Assembly: GCA_036867785.1 (NCBI GenBank)
Contig: CP145425.1
Coordinates: forward strand, 62,001-126,000
DNA: 64,000 bases
DNA from: Plasmodiophora brassicae
Lineage: Eukaryota
Direction of reading: 5' to 3'
The translations under genes and the position numbers were made by a program. Positions 12,238 to 22,514 of this stretch are shown piece after piece. A model generated the notes under the pieces. The model had not been told where the DNA came from, ran no database searches, and was given only the letters and a program-made list of their open reading frames with translations. Within the stretch, counting starts at the first letter, position 1; each line of letters begins with the position of its first letter.

Positions 12238-13878
12238 ATGTCAGGAACGCCCGCCCAGAGGCGCCTGCGACGGATCGCGCAGGCGGCTCTGGGACGCTGT
12301 CGGCAGAATGTGATCGTGAACCGGCTGAGCGAGACGCGGTCGACGCAGAAGGAGAAGGCCCTGATCGAGAGGAGCCTGGAGAAGTTCTCGAATCAGGCGA
12401 GCCTGCGGTTCTCCGGATTCGAAGACGAAACCATCAAAGGGTCGACGCCGTCGAAGGTCGTCTCCCGGCTCGAACTATCGCCAAACGACCAGAAGCGAAC
12501 GCGAACGATCCTGGCGCGCAATGGACCCGCCCGGTCGTTGCCGGACGCTCTCCACATTGTTGCTATTCTTCGAAAGCTCCATGTGCCCGTCCTGTCCGAC
12601 CTGACCGACCCACAGCTGACCTGGCTGGCCACCTGCGTCACCGGCCTCCATGTCGACCCTGGCACCGACGTCTTCCGATACGACGACGTTGGCACTCTGT
12701 TCTACGTGGTCTGCAGTGGTTCCCTGGGCGTGTTCGTGCCGGTCGCCCCGGGCGTGGATCCGTCACAAGACGCCAACCTGACCCAGGTCGGGGTGCTGTC
12801 GTCAGGTCGCGGATTCGGCGAACGTTCGCTGCTGGACGGTGATCCGCGTAAAGCGACGGTTCGCGCCCTGCAGCCGTCGCTGCTGATCTGCATGGACCGA
12901 ACGCAGTTCCTCTGGATGATGAGGACGCTGTTCGATCGGCAAGTATCGGAGAAGTTGGCGTTCTTCACGTCGATGCCGATGTGCCGTCGATGGTCCCGTC
13001 GCGACCTTCTCAGGTTCGCCCTGCCGTTCGAACGGTCCCAGCTACGGCGCGGGGCGATCGTTGCCCGGCAGGACGAAATCTGCAAACAGGTCATGGTGGT
13101 TGCCGACGGGTACCTTGTCGTTCAGCGACGCGTGGAGTACAAGTCGACCGGCGTGCGCATGCTGGTTCAGATCTGTTCGATCGGGCGCGGGTGCATCGTC
13201 GAGGTGAACGAGGTGCTGAAGGGGCTGCCGATAAGGAACTCGGTGGTCAGCCCGTTGCAGTCAAACGTCGACGTGTACAGTGTGGCGCTAGGGGACCTTC
13301 TGTCCGCGTTGAGGGCGTCACCCAGGACGATGGAAGCGCTTCTGACGCACGCAGAAGTGTCCGGCGAGCTGAGCGAATCGAACTTCGAGAGTGCCGCCAC
13401 GGGAACCATCAAGAGGAACCTGAAGTTCGCGGGCTTGGCGGTGGCCGCCACCATCAAGGAGCGCAAGCACATCGCCGAATCCCAGATGCAGCAGGTCCCA
13501 CCGCTCAGCCTCGCTCAGCTGGAACGACGTCACCGGGGCGAACTGGAACAGTCGCCGCGTCCGGCTGTGAAGACGCCCAGAGGTCGAACCGGGTACAGCA
13601 AGGAATTACGTCACCCGAAAACGGTTCGGTTGCCAGCACTGATGTCGTCGTCGAGAGGCAAACGCGATGGCAAACTCTGCTGCAATGTCACCTCGGCAGA
13701 TGACCGGCGTCAAAATACTGGCGATACCGGTGCAACACTGCCAAAGCCACTTCAGTTCGAAGACATCCAGTATGACAAATGGCTGAAATCGCAGAATAAC
13801 GATGCGGGCGCAACACGACCTGAAGATGCTCCGGCCGCTAGCGCAACGTCAGAAAGTGGTTACGACACGGAAGAGTAA
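12238..13878 (+). CDS. Protein with two cyclic nucleotide-binding domains
   Basis: VFRYDDVGTLFYVVCSGSLGV...GRGFGERSLLDGDPRKATVRA; a second, degenerate CNB domain follows (IVARQDEICKQVMVVADG). Confidence 0.85.
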   Translation: MSGTPAQRRLRRIAQAALGRCRQNVIVNRLSETRSTQKEKALIERSLEKFSNQASLRFSGFEDETIKGSTPSKVVSRLELSPNDQKRTRTILARNGPARSLPDALHIVAILRKLHVPVLSDLTDPQLTWLATCVTGLHVDPGTDVFRYDDVGTLFYVVCSGSLGVFVPVAPGVDPSQDANLTQVGVLSSGRGFGERSLLDGDPRKATVRALQPSLLICMDRTQFLWMMRTLFDRQVSEKLAFFTSMPMCRRWSRRDLLRFALPFERSQLRRGAIVARQDEICKQVMVVADGYLVVQRRVEYKSTGVRMLVQICSIGRGCIVEVNEVLKGLPIRNSVVSPLQSNVDVYSVALGDLLSALRASPRTMEALLTHAEVSGELSESNFESAATGTIKRNLKFAGLAVAATIKERKHIAESQMQQVPPLSLAQLERRHRGELEQSPRPAVKTPRGRTGYSKELRHPKTVRLPALMSSSRGKRDGKLCCNVTSADDRRQNTGDTGATLPKPLQFEDIQYDKWLKSQNNDAGATRPEDAPAASATSESGYDTEE

Positions 13879-14449
13879 ATATATAGACGCTACGTACGCA
13901 ACCAGTATGGCCTTGAAGCGAATGTCGAGCACTGACGTCGAAGACGAAACGCGGCTGCAGGCCCATTGCAGGCGGAAGGAATGCTGCGAGGATGGATGTG
14001 GAGAACAGCACCGAAGAGACTAACAGCACACGTTGACACCAACCAGGTGGTCGGGTCGACACAGCAGGCTACAGCGAAAAACATGCACGTACGTCTGCAT
14101 GCGCGCCAGGAGAAGAGATCAAGCGGCGAGGAGTAATCCGACATGTCCCGAGCGGATCAGTACGCCAATTAATACAAGAACCTCACATCCATGCGACGAC
14201 CCTGACTGCACGAACATACGACTACGGCTAAAGGGTACGGTGTCGGTTCCTCGACCGTGTCGGCCAGACCATTCCCAGGTGCCGGCGTGATAACGGAGAG
14301 TTGTAGTTCAATTATGTCCTAGGCTCCCGCCATTCTTTGTTTGTTGCTTCGTGTTTCCCAAATTGACGGAATTTGCGGACTGTTGGGGCACGAAAGTCCG
14401 TCGCGGAGTCCGTCGCGGTGTGTCCACGGCAGAACCCGTAGGAAGTCCA

Positions 14450-15393
14450 ATGGTCGCCTACGACATTGACGCTGGGTTGCTGACCGTCAGCACGTTCGAT
14501 GTCCTGGATACAAAGCGCGTCGGGTCGAGCGACGAACGAGAAGCGTATTTAAATGCGATTAGCAGTGATGGCGTGCAACATTTGATGAACACGCTGTTCG
14601 AACTGCCTTTCGAGAGGGTTGAGGATGGGCGAATTGTCCAACTGCCAGAGCCTGAGCTTCGCCTGCCTCGTGAGAAACATGTACGGCATGTTTCCGATAC
14701 CTTACCGCTATCGTGTGCTGATGATTGCTTGTCCCGCTTCAGATCCCCAAAGGACCCGTCATGTCTACGTGGCAGAAGTTCGCGCAACGCAAGGGCATCA
14801 AGAAACGCAAGCGCGAGCGGCTGCAGTACGATGAGTCCAACGAAGACTGGCGCCCACGATACGGGTCACACAAGGCGAACAAGGAGTCCGACCAATGGGT
14901 CGTGGAGCACAATGACCGCGACCACGCTGAGGTGGATCCGTGGGCGAAAATGGCTCAGGACAAGGCCGCTCGTGTTGCCAAGAATCGTAAACAGCAGGTC
15001 AAGAATTTCGAAGCCGCTGAAGGCAGACGCGTTCCCGGTCAGATCAATCTGGCCGCTGTCAGCAACCGCAAGAACGCCAAGGACAAGGACGGCCATGTTA
15101 AGGCCGCGTATGACATGGCCTCGAAATCAACCGCGTCGATGGGCGCCTTCGACAAACGCGTCAACAATCTGGAGCCGGCTAAGGACAAGACCCAGCGCGT
15201 CAAGGCGCAGACCGTACGGCAACAACCCCGCACCAACATCAAATCGGAGAAGGACGCCAACCTCAAGCTCCTGTCGCGGATCCTCAACACCAGCGCCGAC
15301 GACCGCCAGAAAGGCGCCCGCTTGGACAAGGACAAGGCCGCCAACCTCGAGTCCGACCGATCGCAGCGCAAACGCGCCCGCACATCTAAATGA
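14450..15393 (+). CDS. RRS1: Ribosome biogenesis regulatory protein RRS1 (intron 14681-14742)
   Basis: LPREKH|IPK...TWQKFAQRKGIKKRKR...YDE...WRPRYG; STASMGAFDK. Confidence 0.93.
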
Positions 15394-15585
15394 AGCCCTC
15401 AGCAGTGATACAATCGTCAGTCGTCAACAAGTGTAGCTCCGCCAGTCGTCTCAACTGCGGCTTCGCCAGTCGTCGCAGGTGCAGCTGCGAGTGCCGACTC
15501 GGCAAAGGTGGTCGACTGCGGCATGTGCAGTTCCCAGTGCAAAATAATGGCCGTCGCCGTCGGCGCGTCATTCGGTTAATTGGTG

Positions 15586-17865
15586 ATGGCGTGGGTGGTG
15601 CACAAGTTCGGCGGGACGAGCGTGGCCGATGCGGGTTGCTATCGGCGGGCGGTGTCGTTGCTGGGCGACGATATCGGGGCCGGGCACGGCGTCGTCGTCG
15701 TGGTGAGCGCGCAGGGCCGGGCCCGGGACGCGCACGGGGCCATGACGCACGACAAGGTCACGTCGTTGCTGATTGAATGCGCGTCCCGAGCCGCCCGCCG
15801 CGATTCGTCATATGCCGACGTGCTTCGCGCGGTTGTCGATCGCCATGTCGCCGCGGCACACGACCTGATCGACGACGACACCGAACGCGATGCGTTTCTC
15901 CGACGACTGAATGCCGATGCAACGGATCTGCACCATATCCTCAAATCCGCGTGGTTGGGCCGGCGCGCGTCGTCTGATGGTTCGCCCTGCCCATGGTGGA
16001 CGGGATACGGCGAGCTGTGGTCGGCCCGCCTCTTCGCCATTCATCTTCGTGAATCGTTACCCGACGATATCGCTGTCGAGTTCATTGATGCTCGTTCGCT
16101 CGTCGTCGTTGGGGAGGGCGGGTACCCGGACATGGCCGAAACGTCGACTCGATGGCAAGCATGGCGCATCAAACACGACGACGTGCGCGTTGCCGTTCTG
16201 ACCGGGTTCATCTGCGCGACCCACGACGGTACGCCGAGCACGCTCGGACGTGACGGCAGCGACTATTCGGCGTCGATCGCGGCTGCAATGATCCCGGCTT
16301 CGTCGCTGACCATCTGGAGCGACGTTGATGGTGTGTTCAGCGCGGATCCGACAATGGTACCGGGCGCTGTCGTCCGCAATGAGATGACGTACAACGAGGC
16401 CATGGAGCTGGCGTACTTTGGCGCCAAGGTCCTCCATCCGAAAACGATGTCGCCGCTGCTGAACCTTGACATTCCGATTCGCATCCGGAACACGTTCCGG
16501 CCGGACATTCCAGGGAGTCGTATTGTAGCGTCGCGGCTAGCGGGCAGTGCCGATATCGTGATTCAAGGGTTCTCGACGATCATGGACCTCATGCTGATCA
16601 ACGTCGAAGGGACTGGGATGATCGGCGTCTCCGGCATTGCCCATCGTCTGTTTGGCGCGATTCATCGAGCGGGCAGTTCGGTGATACTGATCACCCAAGC
16701 GGGATCGGAGCACAGCATCTGTCTGGCACTGCCGTACGCGCAGGCGTCTGCGGCCGTCGATGCCATCTACGCTGAGTTTCGGGTCGAGCTTGAAGCGGGT
16801 GACATCCAGACCGTCGACTGCCTGGGGCCGTGTGCCTGCCTAGCGGCTGTCGGCGATGGCATGCGCCACGCGACTGGAATTGCTGGGCAGGTTCTGACGG
16901 CGCTCGGTCGGGCGAACATCAACATACGCGCGATCGCACAGGGTGCCAGCGAGCGGAACATCTCTGTCGTCATCGATCAAGTCGATGCCAGCGCCGCGCT
17001 GAACGCCGTCCATGGCCAGTTCGTCAGTAACGACGCCAATCGGATCATAGCATTGGCGACGTACAACTGCTGCGACCGCGTCCAGCGACTTGTCGACTCC
17101 ATCCCGGACCTGTGCGTGTCGTTGTGGAATGGCGAAGTGCCTCCGCCATCCAGCATCGTTATCGACTGCTCCGGCGACGATACGGTCGATTACGTCCCGG
17201 CCCTGAAGTCCAACTGCCACGTTATCACGTGCAACGTGTTCGCGGCCGCGCGGGCGTCACCCTCGTCGAACCTGTGGACCCATGGGATTACGGACGCCAG
17301 CGTTCCATTCCAGGCGACGGTCGCTGCCATTCACGATTCCGGCGACACTGTTGAGCGCGTTGTGCTCGCTCTTCCTGATTCGGTTTCTAATACCGCTGCG
17401 TCGGACAATGCCGATGCCTCCGTTGGCGAACGTGACTGTAAGGAACGTCTGCCATCGCGGTCGGCACACAGGGGGCGCTGTCTCCTCGTCGTCCTCAGCA
17501 ACGCCATTGGAATGCCGATCACGCTGGACGATATTGTTTCAGACAGCGAAACCGAACTTGACGCAGCCGATGAGGAATGCGATTCTGCGCGCCTGCAGCG
17601 AACGGAAGGCAAATCGGAGGCCCACGCTATGCACGTCTGGGAGCTGGACCTGATTACTCGAACCGCCCGATCGGGTCTCTTGCAGACGAAGCATATGCAC
17701 GCAGATTCGCGTCGGTTGTCGGTAGAGATCTACACGAGGCGGCGAGGTGGCAGCGACCCCATCGCCTTGTCAGGTCCTGCATCCGTGAACGACGACGTCA
17801 TTATAGGACTTATGCAGTCGCAGCTGACACGCGTTCTCCGGCAAACGAAATGTCCAACAAACTGA
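15586..17865 (+). CDS. ThrA-type aspartokinase with two ACT domains and a degenerate homoserine dehydrogenase remnant
   Basis: HKFGGTSV, TLGRDGSDYSA, WSDVDGVFSADP, EAMELAYFGAKVLHPKT, QAGSEHSIC, AIAQGASERNIS. Confidence 0.92.
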   Translation: MAWVVHKFGGTSVADAGCYRRAVSLLGDDIGAGHGVVVVVSAQGRARDAHGAMTHDKVTSLLIECASRAARRDSSYADVLRAVVDRHVAAAHDLIDDDTERDAFLRRLNADATDLHHILKSAWLGRRASSDGSPCPWWTGYGELWSARLFAIHLRESLPDDIAVEFIDARSLVVVGEGGYPDMAETSTRWQAWRIKHDDVRVAVLTGFICATHDGTPSTLGRDGSDYSASIAAAMIPASSLTIWSDVDGVFSADPTMVPGAVVRNEMTYNEAMELAYFGAKVLHPKTMSPLLNLDIPIRIRNTFRPDIPGSRIVASRLAGSADIVIQGFSTIMDLMLINVEGTGMIGVSGIAHRLFGAIHRAGSSVILITQAGSEHSICLALPYAQASAAVDAIYAEFRVELEAGDIQTVDCLGPCACLAAVGDGMRHATGIAGQVLTALGRANINIRAIAQGASERNISVVIDQVDASAALNAVHGQFVSNDANRIIALATYNCCDRVQRLVDSIPDLCVSLWNGEVPPPSSIVIDCSGDDTVDYVPALKSNCHVITCNVFAAARASPSSNLWTHGITDASVPFQATVAAIHDSGDTVERVVLALPDSVSNTAASDNADASVGERDCKERLPSRSAHRGRCLLVVLSNAIGMPITLDDIVSDSETELDAADEECDSARLQRTEGKSEAHAMHVWELDLITRTARSGLLQTKHMHADSRRLSVEIYTRRRGGSDPIALSGPASVNDDVIIGLMQSQLTRVLRQTKCPTN

Positions 17866-17890
17866 GGCAATAATGTGCCGAACGTTGTGC

Positions 17891-19348
17891 TTATAGGTTC
17901 GACTTCACCCTGAGTTCCTCCAGGTTGTCGTATTCGATGAACGCCTCTTGTGCGACGCTGACGACGAGTTTCCCGCTGCTGTCGAAGATGTTCCCGAATG
18001 CGACGCCGCGCCCGTTGCTTGTGCATGGGGAATGCGTTTCGAACAGCATCCACTCGTCGGCACGGAAATCCTCTGTGGTCGGACATGGATCAGCACAGTC
18101 CAGCGCACACACGCGCCGGTAACGCACCATGGAACCAGACAGAATGGTCCAGGCTGGCCGTTCGTAATCGCTTATCGGTGAACGAAATGCCATGCGGCCT
18201 GCACACTAACCCATGAGACCGTCGACATGACCTGCGTGGGACGTTGATCCGGACTGACCGTAGCAGCGTTCCAACCATTGCCGAATCGGAAGCATACCTA
18301 CACAGGCAGCTCTGTCAGCATCGTACGATGTTGCGGCGGTGGGCACTTACGCCAGAACGCAGTGATGAACCAGGGGATCCTTCGAGAGTCTCCCGTAGGA
18401 ACGCATCCATTGAACCATTGACGGTTCACGTTTGTCAGGGAAGAACAAATCTGCCCGTCACGCTTAATCCATGCCATACCAGCGTCGCACAGCCGACTGA
18501 CGAGATGGGTCATGGCGTCTGATCTCCATGGCGAACGGCATTTCGCTTGCCCTGACGAGCGCATTGCGAACCTTCTCCGGTAGTCGTTCATCCTTACTCA
18601 TAGCCCTGTACCGTTCCGCGTCGTTGGGAACAACCATCGGCGACGGCGCGGGCGGCATTGGGATATGGTGTGACAATCCGCCCAGCCCGATATCCTGGAA
18701 CGACACCGACATGAAGAAGCAGACCGTTCCCTGTCAGACTGGCACTGTCACATAGCAATCCGGCGTGTACGCGGGCGGCTCCGTACGTCTTGGGTCGCAC
18801 GAACATGGCGATTGGCGAACCGCCGTGTTTCCTTCATGCGCTCCACCTAATCGAAAAGGTTTCATCAAAGGCCACTGGATCATGTCCGGCTGAGGTTACG
18901 CGATAGATTATGGGTTTCTTGGTGTTGCCAGGGAACAGAAAGTTGCAGTGCAGCGAATGTACCTATACGTACAGGGTCGCTGTGAGGGCGGATAGCCACA
19001 AGCACGCCGTGTGCGGGCGCCCTGTACGCGAAAGTTGTTCGTGATCGTCTTGTACGCCGCTGCCAGCGCCTGTGCGCAGAACTGGCCGCCATAGACGCGC
19101 GGGTTGAACCGCGTTTGCGGTGAACGTCCGCGGTAAATGCCGGCATCGATCTCTACCAGGCATCCAATGAGCGTCAAGGGCGCCGGATGCGGTCCTAGTA
19201 GGGCCCCACCTTCGAGCTTCAATATCGTCTCGATATACGTCTGCGCGTTCGACGCCGGATCCATCGACGACACGTCGATGTCGCTGTCGCACGCCTCGGG
19301 ATACAACGGCTTGCCGATGAAGTTTCTCAGTGCAGGGTTCCCTGCCAT
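17891..19348 (-). CDS. Acyl-CoA thioesterase II (TesB/ACOT8 family), multi-exon
   Basis: RVYGGQFCAQALAAAYKT, SLDHSVWFH, FRADEWMLFE, GRGVAFGNIFDSSGKLVVSVAQE. Confidence 0.92.
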
Positions 19349-19481
19349 ACACTACCGACCTACTTGCCCTGGCGACGCCACCAGCGCGTGGGTCCGGGCG
19401 GCGGACACCCGGAACGTTCCTTTTACGATACGTGTCGTCAAAACGAAGCCGCCCAAAGCCTATTCCTGGGCCGGGGCGCAT

Positions 19482-19856
19482 CCAACGTATCGGACGAGGC
19501 CAGCACCCGCTGCCATGCACAGGACGACCATCCCCGTATCACCATCTCCTCCTGCGGCCATCAGACGACGGCCAAAGTCTTGCCACGTGGGAATAGCCCC
19601 CCCCCCCCCCGCGTTCAACGGCACCCCACGCCATACTCTCGTCGTGATCATGTCGATCATCACAGGGGACGGCGCTAACGCCAACGTATCGGACGAGGCC
19701 AGCACCCGCTGCCATGCACAGGACGACCATCCCCGTATCACCATCTCCTCCTGCGGCCATCAGACGACGGCCAAAGTCTTGCCACGTGGGAATAGCCCCC
19801 CCCCCCGCGTTCAACGGCACCCCACGCCATACTCTCGTCGTGATCATGTCGATCAG
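19482..19856. repeat. Near-perfect tandem duplication, two ~176 bp copies with ~199 bp period
   Basis: ccaacgtatcggacgaggcc...gtgatcatgtcgatca at 19482 and 19681; the copies differ mainly in poly-C length. Confidence 0.96.
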
Positions 19857-20087
19857 CGGTATAGCATGGTAATGTGCACCCACATGAACAAGAATCGTAC
19901 GTCTCAACTGGTGAGGTTCGTACCCCCGGCTTGCGCTTGTCAGAGCACCATGCTCACCAACAACCTGCCCTAGGGTTTGACCGGGCCTTGTGGCGTGCCT
20001 CTGCCGCTGACATGTCTATCCGCTGGCATGACAGCTGAAGAACGCTGCCCGTTGCATGCACGTCAGTGTTTATTGTGTTGTAAACCG

Positions 20088-21293
20088 TTAGTTCGTCGTC
20101 GAAGACTTGGGGAACCCAATAACAGTGACGAATGGAGCCTGGTCGGCGGACGTGGCAGGTGCGGCAGTCGACGGCATCATGGTTGCCGTTGGCATCATGG
20201 TTGCCGTTGGCATCATGGTAGCCGCTGGCATCGCCGTCGCCGGCATCGTGCTGTTCGTCGCGTTGGTCGCGTTCGACATGCTCGGGTTGATTGCGATGCC
20301 CGTTCGCGGACGCGTTTCGTTCACCGGGTGCGGCTTCTGCAGGTGACCTGTCGTCGCGAACTCAACTCCTGGCGTCGAGGTACTCGTCGACGAGGCAGCA
20401 GGGGCATCCCCAGCAGGCACTGCTTTTGCTGGTACCGAACCAACAGGGGCCGGCGCCGTTGCCGTCGCTGGCGCTGCACCCGCTGCAGAAGGTGCCGCAC
20501 CCGTTGCGGAAGGTGCCGCACCCGCAGGAGCAGGTGCCGCTGCTCCGGCGGCAGGTGCTGCACCGGCACCCGCTGGGGTCGTCGATCCTGCAGCAGGTGA
20601 CGCCGCTGGGGTCGACCCGGCAGCAGGCGACGATCCTGCAGCAGGTGACGCCGCTGGAGTGGACGACCCGGCAGCAGGCGACGATCCTGCAGCAGGTGCC
20701 GACGTGGGTGCCGGCGTCGTGGCGCCTCCTGGCACGCAGATGTTGTTCGAGCAGGTGGTGCCGCTGGGGCATTGCGAACAGCTGGGCCCGCTGACATAGG
20801 GCAGCTCGCCGACGTAGTTGCCGGGCGGGTCGTACTGGCAGACCCAGGCGTCGACCTTCGGGTTGCCGAACAGGTTCTGGCAGGCCATCTTGCCGCACCC
20901 GACCTTGGTGCTGTTCGACCAGACCAGCTGCGTGTAGTGGTTGCAGACCTTGCTGTTGACGCAGGCGTTGCTGGCGAACGAGTACGCGGGCTGCTCGTTC
21001 GTCCATTCTTTGACCGCCTGGGCGGGCGTCATCGTCGGCCATCCCCAGGACAGGTTCTCGCCGTAGCTGGGGTTCCCGGAATGCTTCGTCGGGCACGTGT
21101 TCGCGTACGCCTGCGCCGACGCGGCAATCGTGTTGTCCCACTGCAGCGCCATCATGTTCGCCGCTGTCGGGGAGACGACGCCGCGCGCCTGGTTGTGCGC
21201 CGACAGGATCGCGTTGATGTCGTCAGGAGTGAGCTGGGCCCGGGCGGCGCTGACCAGAGCGACCGCCAGGACGATAGACTTGGCGCCCAGCAT
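20088..21293 (-). CDS. Secreted CAP/SCP (PR-1-like) protein with Cys-rich hinge and Ala/Pro/Thr/Ser repeat tail
   Basis: Signal peptide MLGAKSIVLAVALVSAARA; HNQAR, YGENL, HYTQLVW, CQYDPPGNY; PAAGSS and ATMMPT repeats; TATA-like TATAAG ~30 bp upstream. Confidence 0.95.
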   Translation of the reverse strand: MLGAKSIVLAVALVSAARAQLTPDDINAILSAHNQARGVVSPTAANMMALQWDNTIAASAQAYANTCPTKHSGNPSYGENLSWGWPTMTPAQAVKEWTNEQPAYSFASNACVNSKVCNHYTQLVWSNSTKVGCGKMACQNLFGNPKVDAWVCQYDPPGNYVGELPYVSGPSCSQCPSGTTCSNNICVPGGATTPAPTSAPAAGSSPAAGSSTPAASPAAGSSPAAGSTPAASPAAGSTTPAGAGAAPAAGAAAPAPAGAAPSATGAAPSAAGAAPATATAPAPVGSVPAKAVPAGDAPAASSTSTSTPGVEFATTGHLQKPHPVNETRPRTGIAINPSMSNATNATNSTMPATAMPAATMMPTATMMPTATMMPSTAAPATSADQAPFVTVIGFPKSSTTN

Positions 21294-21774
21294 GATTAAC
21301 GTCGACCGCTGCAGCGCACGCTTATAGAAACGCGGTGTCCCACCTGGAGACAAGTATTTTGAATGAGGGTCTACAACCGGTTCACGTGTCGGCATGACAC
21401 CACTGTGCGACCGGTCGTTCAGGGTCGTGACGTCAGCCGCCACGAACCGTCTTTGACCACTCTGGCGCTGGGGTCACCACCGGCGATGACGTCATCGTTC
21501 GTTGGCCGCCTCCGTACGCGACTTGACACATGCGTCCCCGGTTCCCAGTGAAGGGACTCCAGTAGGGACCCCCCTAAACGGTAGAAAAATTATCTGGCGT
21601 GAAGAATATACGTCCAACGTTCTGCACACCATTGGGGCTCGACGTTGGCGGCGTGTAGTTCGTACTGGACGGTGGAGAGAAACTGCGTCGCTGGCCACGG
21701 GCTGTGTCTGCACAGTGCAGCTGTGCGAATTGCGTCCGTCGGGGAGGTGGAACGATCGAGGGGGGCGAACAACC

Positions 21775-22467
21775 ATGCCGATCGTGTTGAAGAATTCGCA
21801 GGTCGCCGCCGTCATTGACACGTGGCTGGCGCGGCGGCAGCTGTCGGCCATCCTGGACGCGGTCAGGTGCCCGGACTACGACCTGGCCGTCTGGTTGACG
21901 ACGGACAGGCGGATACGCCTCATGAACAACTCGTTCCGGCGGGTCAACAAACCGACGGACATCCTGTCGTTCCCGACGAACGAACATCTGACGCCCGGCA
22001 CGATACCCGACCCACAACTGAAGGTCGAACCGCGCCACCCCGTTTCCGTCTTGTACCACGTGTCGCTCATGCGGGTTTACATTCGTAGGCGTTAGGCGAT
22101 ATCATCATCAGCGTCCCGTATGTGATACGGCAGGGATTCGACGTCAAACACAGACTGCCAGTATTGTTCACACACGGCGTATGCCATCTGCTAGGTAGGT
22201 TGGGGGCTGGCCATGTCGCTCCCCACAATCAGGCCAGGCACTGAGCGATTCCGTTCAGGGTACGATCACGAGACCGATGACGATTACGACAAGATGAAGG
22301 CGCGCGAAGATGCCATCCTGGAGCGCCTGGCCGAACTGGATCTCGTCGATCGAGAGCGTATCAGGGACGAGCCGATCATCGAATCGCCATCGGACATGTA
22401 TGTCGACCGGGAGAAACTTCGGCACCCGCGCGAGACGGACGATCTCCCCAAGGTCCTCAGCAGTTAG
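21775..22467 (+). CDS. ybeY: Endoribonuclease YbeY, 3 exons
   Basis: NNSFRRVNKPTDILSFP, LGDIIIS, HGVCHLLG|YDHE zinc motif split by an intron. Confidence 0.93.
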
Positions 22468-22514
22468 CGTATATAATGTCACATTTGCGTTTAATAAAAG
22501 TAAGCTGACGCTGT

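Noticed and set aside
13838-14290. Short ORFs between the cNMP-binding gene and RRS1
   Set aside because: No consistent exon chain or recognisable product; a small gene cannot be excluded
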